Shown here: positions 29,012 through 39,282 of the stretch, piece by piece
Position numbering within the stretch: position 1 is the stretch's first letter
Layout: each line of letters starts with the position of its first letter
Origin: a virus
Lineage: Duplodnaviria; Caudoviricetes
IMG/VR virus record: IMGVR_UViG_3300032260_000007
Location: 1 to 50,890 of that record
Length of the DNA: 50,890 nt
Direction: 5' to 3' (one strand)
The notes under the pieces: model-generated
Told to the model about the DNA's origin: nothing
Databases searched by the model: none
The model's input: the letters and a program-made list of their open reading frames with translations, nothing else
Position numbers and translations under genes: made by a program

Positions 29012-29494
29012 TTAAAATGGATCTTCATTAGTTCTTTGCCTATTAATAAACAGACTATCTAATTCGTTCATCAAGTCTATTATTTTATCACGAAGTTTTT
29101 TACGTCTATCAAATCTATCAACAACTGATACACCATGAATATATGCATCATAAATTTTAGCCATTGCGTCTTCATCCAACTCAGTGATGAATGTATCAAG
29201 AGTATTTATTGGTACTCTGTAATCCATGTAATGTAGAGCTATCCAAGTTTTGTTTATTGGTGGTCCAAGGTCAAACAAAACTGCGTCACTGGTAACCAAA
29301 TCTAAATCTGAAATTACAGGTATTACGTCTATATGTTCTTTACCAACATCCATAATTAAAACTATTAAAAGATGTTTGTCACGTCGTACAACCCATATTT
29401 GACCACTAGCAATCGCATTCGGTTTCTTATAAAATATTTCTGATAATTGGGCAGAACTAAATAGTCTTAATTGTTCCTCGTAATTATAATGCAT
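29012..29494 (-). CDS. Hypothetical protein, possible PemK/MazF-like fold
   Basis: GQIWVV...IVLI...VIPV...LDTFITELDE..M.KI; start moved to ATG 29494. Confidence 0.5.
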   Translation of the reverse strand: MHYNYEEQLRLFSSAQLSEIFYKKPNAIASGQIWVVRRDKHLLIVLIMDVGKEHIDVIPVISDLDLVTSDAVLFDLGPPINKTWIALHYMDYRVPINTLDTFITELDEDAMAKIYDAYIHGVSVVDRFDRRKKLRDKIIDLMNELDSLFINRQRTNEDPF

Positions 29495-29834
29495 TGCCGG
29501 ATCTACGCCATACACATAGTGGGGATTTGTAGTTAGGATTGTGTGCAAAAATTTTAATTTCATAGTTAGAAGGTAGAGCATTTAAGATCTCAGTGAAGTC
29601 AGTTGTTTTTAATAGCTCATACATTTTTTCTTGACTTCTTATTCTACGTCTTTTATGCTCACAAAATTTGCATAGGGTCTTACCCATAGCTAAAACTTCT
29701 GATTGATCCATAAATACTTTATGTGATCTAGAATTAGATTTAGTATGAGTACAACCAACATCTGGTAGGTGATAAACTTTGCTTATAAATTCCTTTAGAA
29801 ATCTATCTTTTGTTACTATTACTTGCATACCCAT
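29484..29834 (-). CDS. Protein with an Ada-like Zn-binding motif
   Basis: KVYH...GC...LCKFC; AAGGAG SD. Confidence 0.6.
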   Translation of the reverse strand: MGMQVIVTKDRFLKEFISKVYHLPDVGCTHTKSNSRSHKVFMDQSEVLAMGKTLCKFCEHKRRRIRSQEKMYELLKTTDFTEILNALPSNYEIKIFAHNPNYKSPLCVWRRSGNAL

Positions 29835-29909
29835 TGCTCCTTTAATACATTTAAAATTATGAAATTTTTATGGGCATCTACGCCACAATATTAAACTTAC
29901 CTGCTAACA

Positions 29910-30254
29910 TCAATGGTCTAAATCAAGACCTTCTACTTTTATTGCGTCACATCCTGACTGTATAATATATGCATTTACGTACAATTGTGCACTTGGCCCC
30001 ATATCATGGAAATCATCTATAGCTAACAGATGGTCGCCACGTCCATATAAAGCTGAATTATCTAAATGATGAATAAACGTAAGATCTATTTCTAGTCCTT
30101 CCCGCCGTAGGTTCCCAATTAGTTTCTTTGCCCAACTTGAGTGTGCACCATAGTAAAGTACTGGGCCATCATTCTCAGATGCCCACTCAATACATTTTTC
30201 TATAAGTCTAGTAGTCTTGCCTGAACCCCTTGACCCATATATGTATTGAATCAT
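29910..30254 (-). CDS. Mini P-loop NTPase
   Basis: GSRGSGKT Walker A and LAIDD Walker B in 114 aa. Confidence 0.7.
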   Translation of the reverse strand: MIQYIYGSRGSGKTTRLIEKCIEWASENDGPVLYYGAHSSWAKKLIGNLRREGLEIDLTFIHHLDNSALYGRGDHLLAIDDFHDMGPSAQLYVNAYIIQSGCDAIKVEGLDLDH

Positions 30255-30487
30255 TAGCCGGTACCTGCCACATCAAAATGACCTACATTAAAACAGTTGA
30301 GGTTGCCACAAGCTCTGTACACTTTCATACCTGGCTTTAATGGTCCATGCTTTTGTTCATAAAGGTACCTATGAATGCTCATAGTCTTACCTCTTTTTGA
30401 TGTGGATTTCATAGGTGACCCATCCTGTTTAAGTAAAGGATTGGTGTGGTCACAAGGTGTATAAAATGTCTTCTGCCTAATATACAT
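30254..30487 (-). CDS. HNH-like small protein (possibly inactive)
   Basis: HRYLYE..HGP....VYRACGN..CFNVGH; the expected catalytic His appears replaced. Confidence 0.6.
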   Translation of the reverse strand: MYIRQKTFYTPCDHTNPLLKQDGSPMKSTSKRGKTMSIHRYLYEQKHGPLKPGMKVYRACGNLNCFNVGHFDVAGTG

Positions 30488-30921
30488 TACTTTTTGCTAC
30501 TTGTCTGTATCTTATCTATCTTGTCTTTCCATTCCTGAGATTTATTAACATGATCTTGTATGTCTTCAATCACAATGCCATACTCATCTAGCAGCATACC
30601 TAATTTATATATTGGTATTTTAAAATATATTGTGGCATATGTATTATCAAAAGTGTCGTCTGCATCCCTCAACCACCATGGATGGGTTCTTACTTCCTCA
30701 AATACATGTTGATACCTAGCCCTATTGTAGCCTCCAATCCTGCCGTATACTGCTATCAATGCTTCTTTAGGATTATCAACGTTACGTTCCAACCAACAAT
30801 CACGGTACCTACCAAATGTACCAAAGCTGTATGCTTTGTCTGATGATTGCCCCTCATTTAATAGATTTAACACAATGTCAGAATTTGGGTTAGTTCCAAA
30901 CATCGATTGATAAAAGTTCAC
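30487..30921 (-). CDS. Hypothetical phage protein
   Basis: RYRD, RIGGYNR, HP..LRD.DD.FD.TYA..YF motifs. Confidence 0.7.
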   Translation of the reverse strand: MNFYQSMFGTNPNSDIVLNLLNEGQSSDKAYSFGTFGRYRDCWLERNVDNPKEALIAVYGRIGGYNRARYQHVFEEVRTHPWWLRDADDTFDNTYATIYFKIPIYKLGMLLDEYGIVIEDIQDHVNKSQEWKDKIDKIQTSSKK

Positions 30922-30923
30922 AA

Positions 30924-31163
30924 CTAATTATCCATTTTCTCTAAGATAGATTTGTGGCCATTATCGGCTAAACTATCTAACCAATTCTCTATGACTGTTA
31001 GTTGTGATTTAGCATCACGAACAACTTCACTAATTGCTTTTTTAATTTCTTTGTCGCTCTTATCGCTGATTATCACATTCCCGTACTCTGTAGTCTGTTT
31101 TGTGGTAGGTATGTTTAGTTCGATATACAACGTAACTGTATCAGAATCAAATCTTAATTTCAT
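30924..31163 (-). CDS. Hypothetical protein
   Basis: 79 aa ORF with AGGA SD. Confidence 0.55.
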   Translation of the reverse strand: MKLRFDSDTVTLYIELNIPTTKQTTEYGNVIISDKSDKEIKKAISEVVRDAKSQLTVIENWLDSLADNGHKSILEKMDN

Positions 31164-31178
31164 TATTTTGTCCTAGCT

Positions 31179-31502
31179 TTACCTGGTTAATTGATGTGGA
31201 TTGCCCATTCTTATATCACTCATATTTGTTTTTATAAGATCACAAAGATTTGAATCTAACACTCCGGCTAAGAATGTTATGTACCATAGAGCATCTCCAA
31301 GTTCAGAAACTATTGAGTCTCTTACGGTCTTTGGTAATTCTCCTTGCTCGTCCCACTCTGGATCTTTTATTACATCTGAAACTCTCTTAGCTATGTCGCC
31401 AGTTTGACTAGCGAGCTTTAATGCGCCATATACTAATGGTGTTTCTCTTATACTATCTAAAGCTACTTCGTCTACGAATCGATCGTATTTGCCATCACTC
31501 AT
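31179..31502 (-). CDS. MazG-like nucleotide pyrophosphohydrolase (possibly degenerate)
   Basis: LKLASQTGDIA (canonical form ExGE) and SELGDALWY. Confidence 0.75.
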   Translation of the reverse strand: MSDGKYDRFVDEVALDSIRETPLVYGALKLASQTGDIAKRVSDVIKDPEWDEQGELPKTVRDSIVSELGDALWYITFLAGVLDSNLCDLIKTNMSDIRMGNPHQLTR

Positions 31503-31522
31503 ACAGTAAATCCAATCTTATA

Positions 31523-31885
31523 TTATTTGTTGTTTTGCCCCATAAGATTATTCATAAGATATTCAATTGTATTTGAAGATCCTACTTTATCTACCTTCCA
31601 ATCAAGACCCATATCAGTAATAAGATCTATAAATTCTTCCACTGTAAGACCTTCAACAATATCTGTCGTTGCGTCTTTTATTTCTTGATAGAAAGTTGCT
31701 GCTGCTTGAAAAGAACGAATAATGTACTTTTGTGCTTGAGCATCTTTTGGGTCTTGTTCTTTAGACTCGTTGTGCAATATTAGTAAATTTTTAGCTTGCT
31801 CCCAATCACAAGTAACGCCAGCTTCTACTACTTTTTCTAGTAAAGCAGCATGATATAGTATTATGCTATTACAATTTTCACACAT
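31523..31885 (-). CDS. Hypothetical protein
   Basis: 120 aa ORF starting MCENC. Confidence 0.6.
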   Translation of the reverse strand: MCENCNSIILYHAALLEKVVEAGVTCDWEQAKNLLILHNESKEQDPKDAQAQKYIIRSFQAAATFYQEIKDATTDIVEGLTVEEFIDLITDMGLDWKVDKVGSSNTIEYLMNNLMGQNNK

Positions 31886-31930
31886 TTCTAGCTTACCACT
31901 TTCATAGTTTGTGTTTATATTACTCTAATG

Positions 31931-34189
31931 TTAGACAGCAGCTTTAGCTTCTAAATTCTTTTTAGCTTCTTTGTTAGACTTAATTCTAACCCTAACAGAA
32001 ACAATTCTATGGTCATCATATATAACAAGATTACGGCCAACTAGCGTACTCATTACCCTATCCATGTCTCTAGCGTCCAACTTAAATGCACGCATAACAG
32101 CAGCTTTATGTACACCTTTTTCATTGGCACGTATAATGAACTGTTCTATGCTCATTAGCTTACGCTCAAAGTCAGTTAGACCAATATTAGATGCTACTTC
32201 CAGAGCGTAGTTCTTCCATATATCTACAAAATAGAAAGCTTTCTTTAACACTTTATCATCTATTATAATTTTAGAAGTTTGCCCATTTGCTAAAGTAGCA
32301 GCGATTAGCATTGCTGCTTTTAATCCTGATATACCTAACCTATTCATCATTGGCATCATGTATGCAGGTTGCTGTGTGGACTCACCAAACTTAAGCAACT
32401 TTTTTAGATACCTGTTAAAAAGTAACCAGGCAGAGTCGGTAAGCTCAACCTCATTATTTATTGGTATATTTTTAAATTTAAATTCTTCAAGATCAGTTGT
32501 TGGATATTGGTTTTTAATTTCAAATAATTCCTCTATAAGCTTGGTTCTTGCAGCCTGATTCTTCTTAGTTCTTGGCCCCATATCTGTCAAATCTTGGATG
32601 TTACGCTTAGCAGAAATAAAACAGAATCTTGGAAGAAAGCCAGATCTAACATGTATGTCAGTTAGAGCCGAATAGATACCCTCTTGAGTACCTCCACACA
32701 ACATAACAAAGTAAGGATTACGTATATCTATTTCTTCTTTAGATAGAGATCTCTTAGACCGTTTACCATCGTAAAGCTTGGTAAGCATTTCCATCATCCC
32801 TGCCTGATAATCTTTTCTCGACATTGAAGATAACATGCCTGAAAATTCATCACGGTGGAAAAGAGAAGCTCTGTCTTCACGCAGAGACATACGCCGACCT
32901 ATACCCTCAACGGTCCCATCTGATCCTAGCAAAGCTTGCTCATCAATTTCATTCAGGAAGTCCAGCGCCATCTCCATAGCCGTTGATTTACGGCTTGTAG
33001 TTGTTTCCCCTAAGATCATAAACCACAAGTTAGCTTTGATTTCTGAGTGACTTGTATAAAGCCTTAGCATTGGCATTAGGCAAGACAAGACCGTGAATAT
33101 ACCTGCTACATGATATTGTGGAGCGGCGTCAGTAGATTTAATAGCCCAATTTATATACTTGTCTACTATGGTTATAAATCCTTCAGCTTCTTGTCTATCT
33201 TTTTCTGATAGAAGATTATTGTAATCTTCTTCACCATCGCTATCACCAAAAAATTTCTTAGCATCTTTTTGCTTGCTAAGAGTAAAGCCGCCATCCCCCT
33301 CTTGTTTGCAAATTCTATATACACGTACAACGTCATCCCACAACTTTTGATCTGTAGGGAATTTATTACAAACTGCATCCTTGCAAATAAGTAATGTTTG
33401 CTCTTTACTAAAGCCAGCTTTATATAACTCTTTCATGAGTTGATATAATTGCTTAGAGCGATCTTCTGTTAGCTTGTCTTGGAACAGAGCACGTATTTTA
33501 TTACTTGTAATTTCCCCGTGTTGCTTAAGTATAGAGGCACCAGATACCTTTTTAAGCTTCTTTGGAAAAGGCTCTTTTGTGGTATTGACTATACTGTCAT
33601 GAGACTTTTTTGAATACTCATCCTCGACATTATCTAACGTGTATAACCTACTAACATTACTTTGTTCGGTGTCTATAGAGACTATATTTACCGGGTCATA
33701 CTTAAAGTTAAATGTGTTTGGTATTCTCAGTAATTGCGTTAAGTCCCATCCAGAGACATCGCAACCTTCATCCCTATGTTCGTACGCTATTACCCTATTG
33801 TAAAGCTCTATATCCTCTGGGTTTTGTTTATCTTCTAGTTTCCAGAAAGCTTGATACTTATTGCTAGAAGTTTCTAATACAACCGTAGGAGCCAATCTTA
33901 AAGCGGACGGCGGACACTCATCAAGATCGGCCCATAGAGTATTAGTTTCCCCAACAAAATCCTTTTTACGTTTACGTTCGATCAATGGTGTAGGACAGAA
34001 ATACATGTTATTGTATTCCATGTTTTCGTCTATGAAATCTAAAGCTTGTGGCAATTCAGTTTGACTAAAAAACCTTTGTTTAAATTCTCCATCGGCATTG
34101 ATTGAAGCTAAAGATATATACTCATATTTGCTAGGGTCCGTTATCCATAGTATAAATTTTAATCTTAAGTCCGTAACTTCAAATGACAA
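31931..34189 (-). CDS. RepB-type primase fused to a DUF3987-like P-loop helicase domain
   Basis: LWADLD, ETSSNKYQAFW, LLRIPNTFNFKY; GETTTSRKST, RDEF, SGFLPRF. Confidence 0.85.
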   Translation of the reverse strand: MSFEVTDLRLKFILWITDPSKYEYISLASINADGEFKQRFFSQTELPQALDFIDENMEYNNMYFCPTPLIERKRKKDFVGETNTLWADLDECPPSALRLAPTVVLETSSNKYQAFWKLEDKQNPEDIELYNRVIAYEHRDEGCDVSGWDLTQLLRIPNTFNFKYDPVNIVSIDTEQSNVSRLYTLDNVEDEYSKKSHDSIVNTTKEPFPKKLKKVSGASILKQHGEITSNKIRALFQDKLTEDRSKQLYQLMKELYKAGFSKEQTLLICKDAVCNKFPTDQKLWDDVVRVYRICKQEGDGGFTLSKQKDAKKFFGDSDGEEDYNNLLSEKDRQEAEGFITIVDKYINWAIKSTDAAPQYHVAGIFTVLSCLMPMLRLYTSHSEIKANLWFMILGETTTSRKSTAMEMALDFLNEIDEQALLGSDGTVEGIGRRMSLREDRASLFHRDEFSGMLSSMSRKDYQAGMMEMLTKLYDGKRSKRSLSKEEIDIRNPYFVMLCGGTQEGIYSALTDIHVRSGFLPRFCFISAKRNIQDLTDMGPRTKKNQAARTKLIEELFEIKNQYPTTDLEEFKFKNIPINNEVELTDSAWLLFNRYLKKLLKFGESTQQPAYMMPMMNRLGISGLKAAMLIAATLANGQTSKIIIDDKVLKKAFYFVDIWKNYALEVASNIGLTDFERKLMSIEQFIIRANEKGVHKAAVMRAFKLDARDMDRVMSTLVGRNLVIYDDHRIVSVRVRIKSNKEAKKNLEAKAAV

Positions 34190-34210
34190 TGCAAAATCTT
34201 TCTAGATTAA

Positions 34211-34247
34211 TTAAGAGTCCCAGACTGTAATAGCCTAGGACTCTCAA
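34211..34247 (-). terminator. Terminator-like hairpin after the SSB gene
   Basis: 13-bp stem AGAGUCCUAGGCU/AGUCUGGGACUCU. Confidence 0.55.
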
Positions 34248-34281
34248 TTTTATATAATTATATAGACAGTTGCAATATCAA

Positions 34282-34881
34282 TTAGATATCGTCATCTGAT
34301 TCATACTCGTCCAAATGCTTAAATCCTCTTACAACATTACTAGGTCCGTATTCTTCATTACCCTTTCTAACGCCTAACCTAACTGCCATCTCTACGCCGT
34401 TATCCACAATTTCATCACGCATAGCCAAGATGTTTAGATCCTCATCCAATTCATCTTCAGACCACAAACCAGTAGCCATATACAAAGTCTTCCAATAACC
34501 AACGGATTGCGGATGATGCCACAATGAGTAAGTTATAGACTTACCTTCGTATTGTTCATCATCTACAACTTGGAATTGCCATACGGTACCCCTAGTACCT
34601 TGTGGCATCTTTCCATCTGGCTTAGTGGTAATAACAGGTTTACCGCTGCTAGGCCATGAGGAAGACCAAGCAGTGACCATTACACGATACCAACCAGGTT
34701 TGATCGGCTTGTAGACTGGCGTTTCAGCCTCTTTTAGGTTTACAACAAATGAATCCAAATCATCATCGATTTCTTCATCACCGTATTCTTCATCACCATA
34801 TTCTTCTTCTTCTACTTCTTCTACTTCTTCTACTTCCTCATCTTCATATTCGTATTCTTCATTATCATTTTCATTAGCCAT
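34282..34881 (-). CDS. DUF669-like ssDNA-binding protein with acidic N-terminus
   Basis: PIKPGWYRV, WQFQV...YEGK, EYGPSNVVRGF; follows the AAA ATPase. Confidence 0.7.
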   Translation of the reverse strand: MANENDNEEYEYEDEEVEEVEEVEEEEYGDEEYGDEEIDDDLDSFVVNLKEAETPVYKPIKPGWYRVMVTAWSSSWPSSGKPVITTKPDGKMPQGTRGTVWQFQVVDDEQYEGKSITYSLWHHPQSVGYWKTLYMATGLWSEDELDEDLNILAMRDEIVDNGVEMAVRLGVRKGNEEYGPSNVVRGFKHLDEYESDDDI

Positions 34882-34884
34882 AAT

Positions 34885-36048
34885 TTAGTTATCCTCTATA
34901 AGCTCAAATATTTTTTTCATTGTAGGATCGGTAATTATTTCTGGTAGTTTAGTTGTATGATCCTTAGCGGCTATTCGTTTACCTTGTTGTGTTCTTAGTT
35001 TCCTCACTTTCTTTTCTACTCTAACTTCTTTACCCGCTCGGTTTACTTGTTTAACTCTAACAGTGTCGGTATACAAAAACCACACATTGTTAAACCTACC
35101 GATTAGATCGTTAGACAATTGGCCAGCAAGTGCCGGAGAAATAACATTAATGTTTCTGCCAACTTTTTGTTCTTCATACTTAGCATGACAAACAACAATA
35201 ATGTTAGCTTCAACCTTACGTAACTTATTCGCTATACGTAGCAACCTGGTTCTATTTTTACCATAGTCGGCTTGCTCTGGCTGATCCGGGTCTTTTTCTC
35301 TAGGATTGTCTTTGTTAGCTGCGACGGCGGCGGTTTCAACCAATACAGTATCCATTGACATAAACTCTGCCACCGTAAACGAATCAATCACAATAGTCTT
35401 AAAATCAAGCTCACCATTTAGTGAAAGCTTAAGAAGCTCATCGACAACATTTTCTAGGTCTTGATGGTCCAATGGCTCTACACGTTGAATACGGCCATCA
35501 TTTGATGCTTCAGGGTAAAACGATGCAATTGGGGCTATGCCTGAATCAGTATCCACAAATAGAACTGGACACATATCCGGTACTTCACATATGCCAGCGG
35601 CTAGAATGGTTTTACCAGTACCAGGTTCAGCGTAAAGCAACAAGTCAAAAAATGATGCTTCTGTAGGCTTGCGAATCTTAAGACCACCTAGATAACCAGG
35701 CTTAATAGTTGTTTGTGGCTTATCTTTCCTTACAACGGTCCTAGTTTTTCTTATCTTCTTATCTGGTAGAGCCTTAAAGCTCATTTTCAATTCATCAACT
35801 GAATCTGGCTTAGCCTTAGACTTAGGTTTCGTAGTCGGTTTAGGGGCCGGCCTAGCTGGTGCATCTGGTCGCTTAGGTCTGGCAGTTATTTTCCGCCTAG
35901 GACGCTTAGTTGGTTCTGTAGCTGCTGTTGGACCAGTGTTTGATTTAGCGGTTTTGGTAGTCTTGCGCTTAGTCTGTTTAGGTTTTGGCATTGGCACACT
36001 ACCAGCCAAATCGCTTAGCAGATTGTCTAATTCTATATCAGAACTCAT
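34885..36048 (-). CDS. AAA_24/Sak4-like recombination ATPase with a basic disordered N-terminus
   Basis: YAEPGTGKT, FVDTD, TIVIDS, DYG, VVCH, AKD motifs. Confidence 0.85.
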   Translation of the reverse strand: MSSDIELDNLLSDLAGSVPMPKPKQTKRKTTKTAKSNTGPTAATEPTKRPRRKITARPKRPDAPARPAPKPTTKPKSKAKPDSVDELKMSFKALPDKKIRKTRTVVRKDKPQTTIKPGYLGGLKIRKPTEASFFDLLLYAEPGTGKTILAAGICEVPDMCPVLFVDTDSGIAPIASFYPEASNDGRIQRVEPLDHQDLENVVDELLKLSLNGELDFKTIVIDSFTVAEFMSMDTVLVETAAVAANKDNPREKDPDQPEQADYGKNRTRLLRIANKLRKVEANIIVVCHAKYEEQKVGRNINVISPALAGQLSNDLIGRFNNVWFLYTDTVRVKQVNRAGKEVRVEKKVRKLRTQQGKRIAAKDHTTKLPEIITDPTMKKIFELIEDN

Positions 36049-36338
36049 AATGACTTTCTCTTGTTTATCAATTGTCTAGGTAAGTATGCAGATGTAACTC
36101 TTACTACATTGTAGTCTACACCGTAGTAAATGCCAACGTCATCAATCAAAATATCTTTAATTGATGACCAGGGTTTTAGGCCAGCAATAAATGGTACCAA
36201 TGAATGCTCTCTATGCACAACCCAAAAGTTATTTAGTATTGGTGTGGCACTAGCAGAGCTAAACTTTAAAGACTCTAAACTTATTGTAGGTACTACAATT
36301 TCAATCATAGTTCTGAATGTACATTGTGGTACTTTCAA
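36045..36338 (-). CDS. Hypothetical protein
   Basis: 97 aa ORF with ATGA overlap and GGAG SD. Confidence 0.5.
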   Translation of the reverse strand: MKVPQCTFRTMIEIVVPTISLESLKFSSASATPILNNFWVVHREHSLVPFIAGLKPWSSIKDILIDDVGIYYGVDYNVVRVTSAYLPRQLINKRKSL

Positions 36339-37422
36339 TATAAGCTATATCATCTTCTCCATTTATCTTTTTAGTGCAAGGTACAAAAAATTCACAACTC
36401 TTACATTGGTGGAATGCGTTTATGTTTGGGTAGATAAATGGATCGCCTAACATATCCATAGCTTCTAGAAGAATATACTCACCAATTAGTTTAAGCTGCT
36501 GTGCATCTCTATAACTTTCAATACGCTTAAAATATTGCGGTTCTTCAAAATCTTCTAAGAACCCTATGTAGTCTGCCACATCAAGATCATTGTCTTCGAT
36601 GGCTTGCATGTACAAATTATAAGTTGTTTTTTGGTCTTTGGCCTTAGATAGTTTTCCGCTCTTAAGAACATTTGGCGGTGATGGTGCATCTTTCAGAATG
36701 TAATTAAATTCGGTACCCATCACGTTAATGTCTAGCATACGCAATGCCCAATAATAAGCGCTAGCTTGTGTATCTCGTTCTAGCTTAGCTTCGGATGAGT
36801 AAGCAAAATTGCTAGTTGTTTTATGGTCTATGATGATGTAGGAGTCAAACCGATCATCGTATACCAGTAAGTCGATTATACCTTTGTATAAGACAACTTC
36901 ACCTTTATACATTAGAACGTGGCAATCCATTACATTATTATATTCTGTGCTAAATCCTGGCCTTAGAATTTTGCTTTGCTTTTCTGTTACCGGTATTGGT
37001 ACCTCAAAGTCAATTTCAGTTTTGACCGGCCTAATATGCTCATCAGCTTCAGATGCCCATTCAACATAGTTATCTATGATGCTAGGTCCAATTTTAATAT
37101 AGTCATCTATTTCTCTGAAGATGTCGCCATCAATACCAACACTGATTAGGTTTATCCTAAACGTAGTTAAGTAACTAACGAAAGCAGCTTTAGCTCTATT
37201 GATTTTAGCTATTGTCATACCCTTATCCCATGTTTCAGGATCATAGAGAATTTCCATAGCTTCATGCATGGCCGTGCCAAATTCATAATTCTTAATGGCA
37301 CCGATGTTTGAATAGTTGAGCCTATTCTGACTTGAATAATCCCACAACAGCCTGCACGTTCTAAAAGTGCTTCTATCAGTGGTACCAATGGCCATCAAAC
37401 TTGATTTGGTATCAGATTGCAT
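36301..37422 (-). CDS. PD-(D/E)xK (Cas4/RecB-like) exonuclease
   Basis: FRTC, FGTAMH, E, GIIDLL, IIDHKT, Q...Y, C..CEF...C. Confidence 0.88.
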   Translation of the reverse strand: MQSDTKSSLMAIGTTDRSTFRTCRLLWDYSSQNRLNYSNIGAIKNYEFGTAMHEAMEILYDPETWDKGMTIAKINRAKAAFVSYLTTFRINLISVGIDGDIFREIDDYIKIGPSIIDNYVEWASEADEHIRPVKTEIDFEVPIPVTEKQSKILRPGFSTEYNNVMDCHVLMYKGEVVLYKGIIDLLVYDDRFDSYIIIDHKTTSNFAYSSEAKLERDTQASAYYWALRMLDINVMGTEFNYILKDAPSPPNVLKSGKLSKAKDQKTTYNLYMQAIEDNDLDVADYIGFLEDFEEPQYFKRIESYRDAQQLKLIGEYILLEAMDMLGDPFIYPNINAFHQCKSCEFFVPCTKKINGEDDIAYIESTTMYIQNYD

Positions 37423-37468
37423 TAGGTTTTCTTTCAAGGTCTAAGAATGTTTTAATATCGTTTCCACT

Positions 37469-37497
37469 AGTATATCAAAATGATTCTCACTTTGCAA
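37469..37497 (-). promoter_or_regulatory. Sigma70-type promoter for the recombination/replication genes
   Basis: TTGCAA-N17-TATACT with extended TGn. Confidence 0.75.
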
Positions 37498-37500
37498 CTT

Positions 37501-37779
37501 CTAGATTTTATTTAGTCCAGATGTGCTCTTGCTAGACCAGTAATGCGTATTTGCAAGGTAACTCTTGGCTACTGGTCTTGTGACAATCTCCATTGCTTGC
37601 TTACCCTCAACTTGTGCCGGATGATACCAACGTGATTGTGGGTTAGTTAGACCAGAGCTAAAATCTAGGTCTTCAATAATGGATCGTATTTGGTTATCTT
37701 TTGTAATGACTCTAATAACAGCAATTACTAAAGCTACAATTGAAAACATCAAACTGTAAGCTATTGCTACTTCTGCCAT
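37501..37779 (-). CDS. Membrane-anchored hypothetical protein
   Basis: N-terminal hydrophobic helix. Confidence 0.55.
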   Translation of the reverse strand: MAEVAIAYSLMFSIVALVIAVIRVITKDNQIRSIIEDLDFSSGLTNPQSRWYHPAQVEGKQAMEIVTRPVAKSYLANTHYWSSKSTSGLNKI

Positions 37780-37804
37780 TTGTTGCCCCTATCTATATAT
37801 TATT

Positions 37805-39280
37805 TTATGCTAACTCACCACTAAGCATTTGTGCTACCCACTGCTTAGTGTATTCTATCTTGCCTAACCTAACCTCATCTATTGTATCGACTGTTACTAA
37901 GTCCCATACATTAATGATATTTTTTTGACCATAACGTTTAATTCTACCGATAGCTTGGTCATTCAGCGTTGGAGACCATGCACGATCAAAGAAAATAAGG
38001 TTGTGGCAGACTTCTTGTAGTTCATCTATACCAACTCCCCCGGCACCTAATGTTGATATAAAAACTCTACAAGTTTTATCTGTAAGGAATCGTTCTAAAT
38101 TAGCATCTTTAGTTCTCTGGTTCTCACGTCCGGTATAATACACATGACCAATTTTTGCTTTTTGAAGTGGTCCACTTAGCATATCAATAGTTTTTGAGAA
38201 TTGCGAGAAGACCAAAAACTTTTCGTCGCTATCTCCTATTAGTTGCATAGATGCATCAACTTTTGAAGATGGTGTCTTTAATCCATATGTATCTTGTTCT
38301 TCATCATAATAGACTGTACCCGCTGCAAATTGCTGCAATCGTTGTAACTGAGCAATCACTACAGATGCGGCTAAAGGTTCTGTTTCGGCAGGCTCGGTAT
38401 CAATATATGATCCGGCACCAATTTTTTCTATTACGTCATCTACTGTATCAAATTGAAATGCTTGATGACTTTCAACCCATGCCAGAAAATCGTTGTTCAT
38501 GTCATCGTATTGTTTACGTTGCTTTTTATTTAACTCAACTTCAATCCGTGTGACATTAACAGGAGGAATATCTAAGCCACATTCCTCAAGTAAAACTCGA
38601 TCATAAAAAGGTTCTATTTCCGGGTACCCAACATCAAACCAATCGCTAGATGGTCCATGAGTAATTACGTAATTAGCTTGTCTTACTCTACCATTAACTG
38701 TAATCCATGGTCTCTCACTATCAGTCATTGTATTAATGAACCTAGTGTAAGAACTATATTGGGATGGGTAAAGATAATTTAGCAGCGACCACAAATCTTG
38801 TGGCTTAGTTGTTATTGGTGAGCCGGACATCAAAGTACGATATTTACCTTTGATCTTCTTTATGGCTACTGCTTGCTTGGCTTTTCTATTTTTTATTCTA
38901 TGACATTCATCCACAATTATATGTGTGAAATTCTTAAACAGTCTATCATCCATCATAGCAACTGCTTTGTAATTAATCACATAAACATGATGGCTGTCAT
39001 CGAAAAGATTATCTCTGTCGCTATTGATGATGCGCTTAACTGATAAATCTGTTTCTTCCTCAAACCGCTTAACCCAATTTCTATGTGTTGGTAGTGGCGC
39101 AATAACAAGAGTCAAATGGTTTGGGTTAAAATTATGCCTTAGCCTTAAATCTCTTTCTATTGCAAACAGGGTTTTACCCGTGCCCATATCCCAACAGCAT
39201 AAAATATTACGCTTACTCGAAAATTTGGCTAGCGCATTCCGTTGATGTGTCCATAGATCAGTCTTTACCAGTTGAGGCAT
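37805..39280 (-). CDS. SNF2-family (SF2) helicase
   Basis: DMGTGKT, DECH, SGSP, VFSQF, GGVGID, QAIGRIKRYGQ. Confidence 0.92.
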   Translation of the reverse strand: MPQLVKTDLWTHQRNALAKFSSKRNILCCWDMGTGKTLFAIERDLRLRHNFNPNHLTLVIAPLPTHRNWVKRFEEETDLSVKRIINSDRDNLFDDSHHVYVINYKAVAMMDDRLFKNFTHIIVDECHRIKNRKAKQAVAIKKIKGKYRTLMSGSPITTKPQDLWSLLNYLYPSQYSSYTRFINTMTDSERPWITVNGRVRQANYVITHGPSSDWFDVGYPEIEPFYDRVLLEECGLDIPPVNVTRIEVELNKKQRKQYDDMNNDFLAWVESHQAFQFDTVDDVIEKIGAGSYIDTEPAETEPLAASVVIAQLQRLQQFAAGTVYYDEEQDTYGLKTPSSKVDASMQLIGDSDEKFLVFSQFSKTIDMLSGPLQKAKIGHVYYTGRENQRTKDANLERFLTDKTCRVFISTLGAGGVGIDELQEVCHNLIFFDRAWSPTLNDQAIGRIKRYGQKNIINVWDLVTVDTIDEVRLGKIEYTKQWVAQMLSGELA

Positions 39281-39282
39281 TA

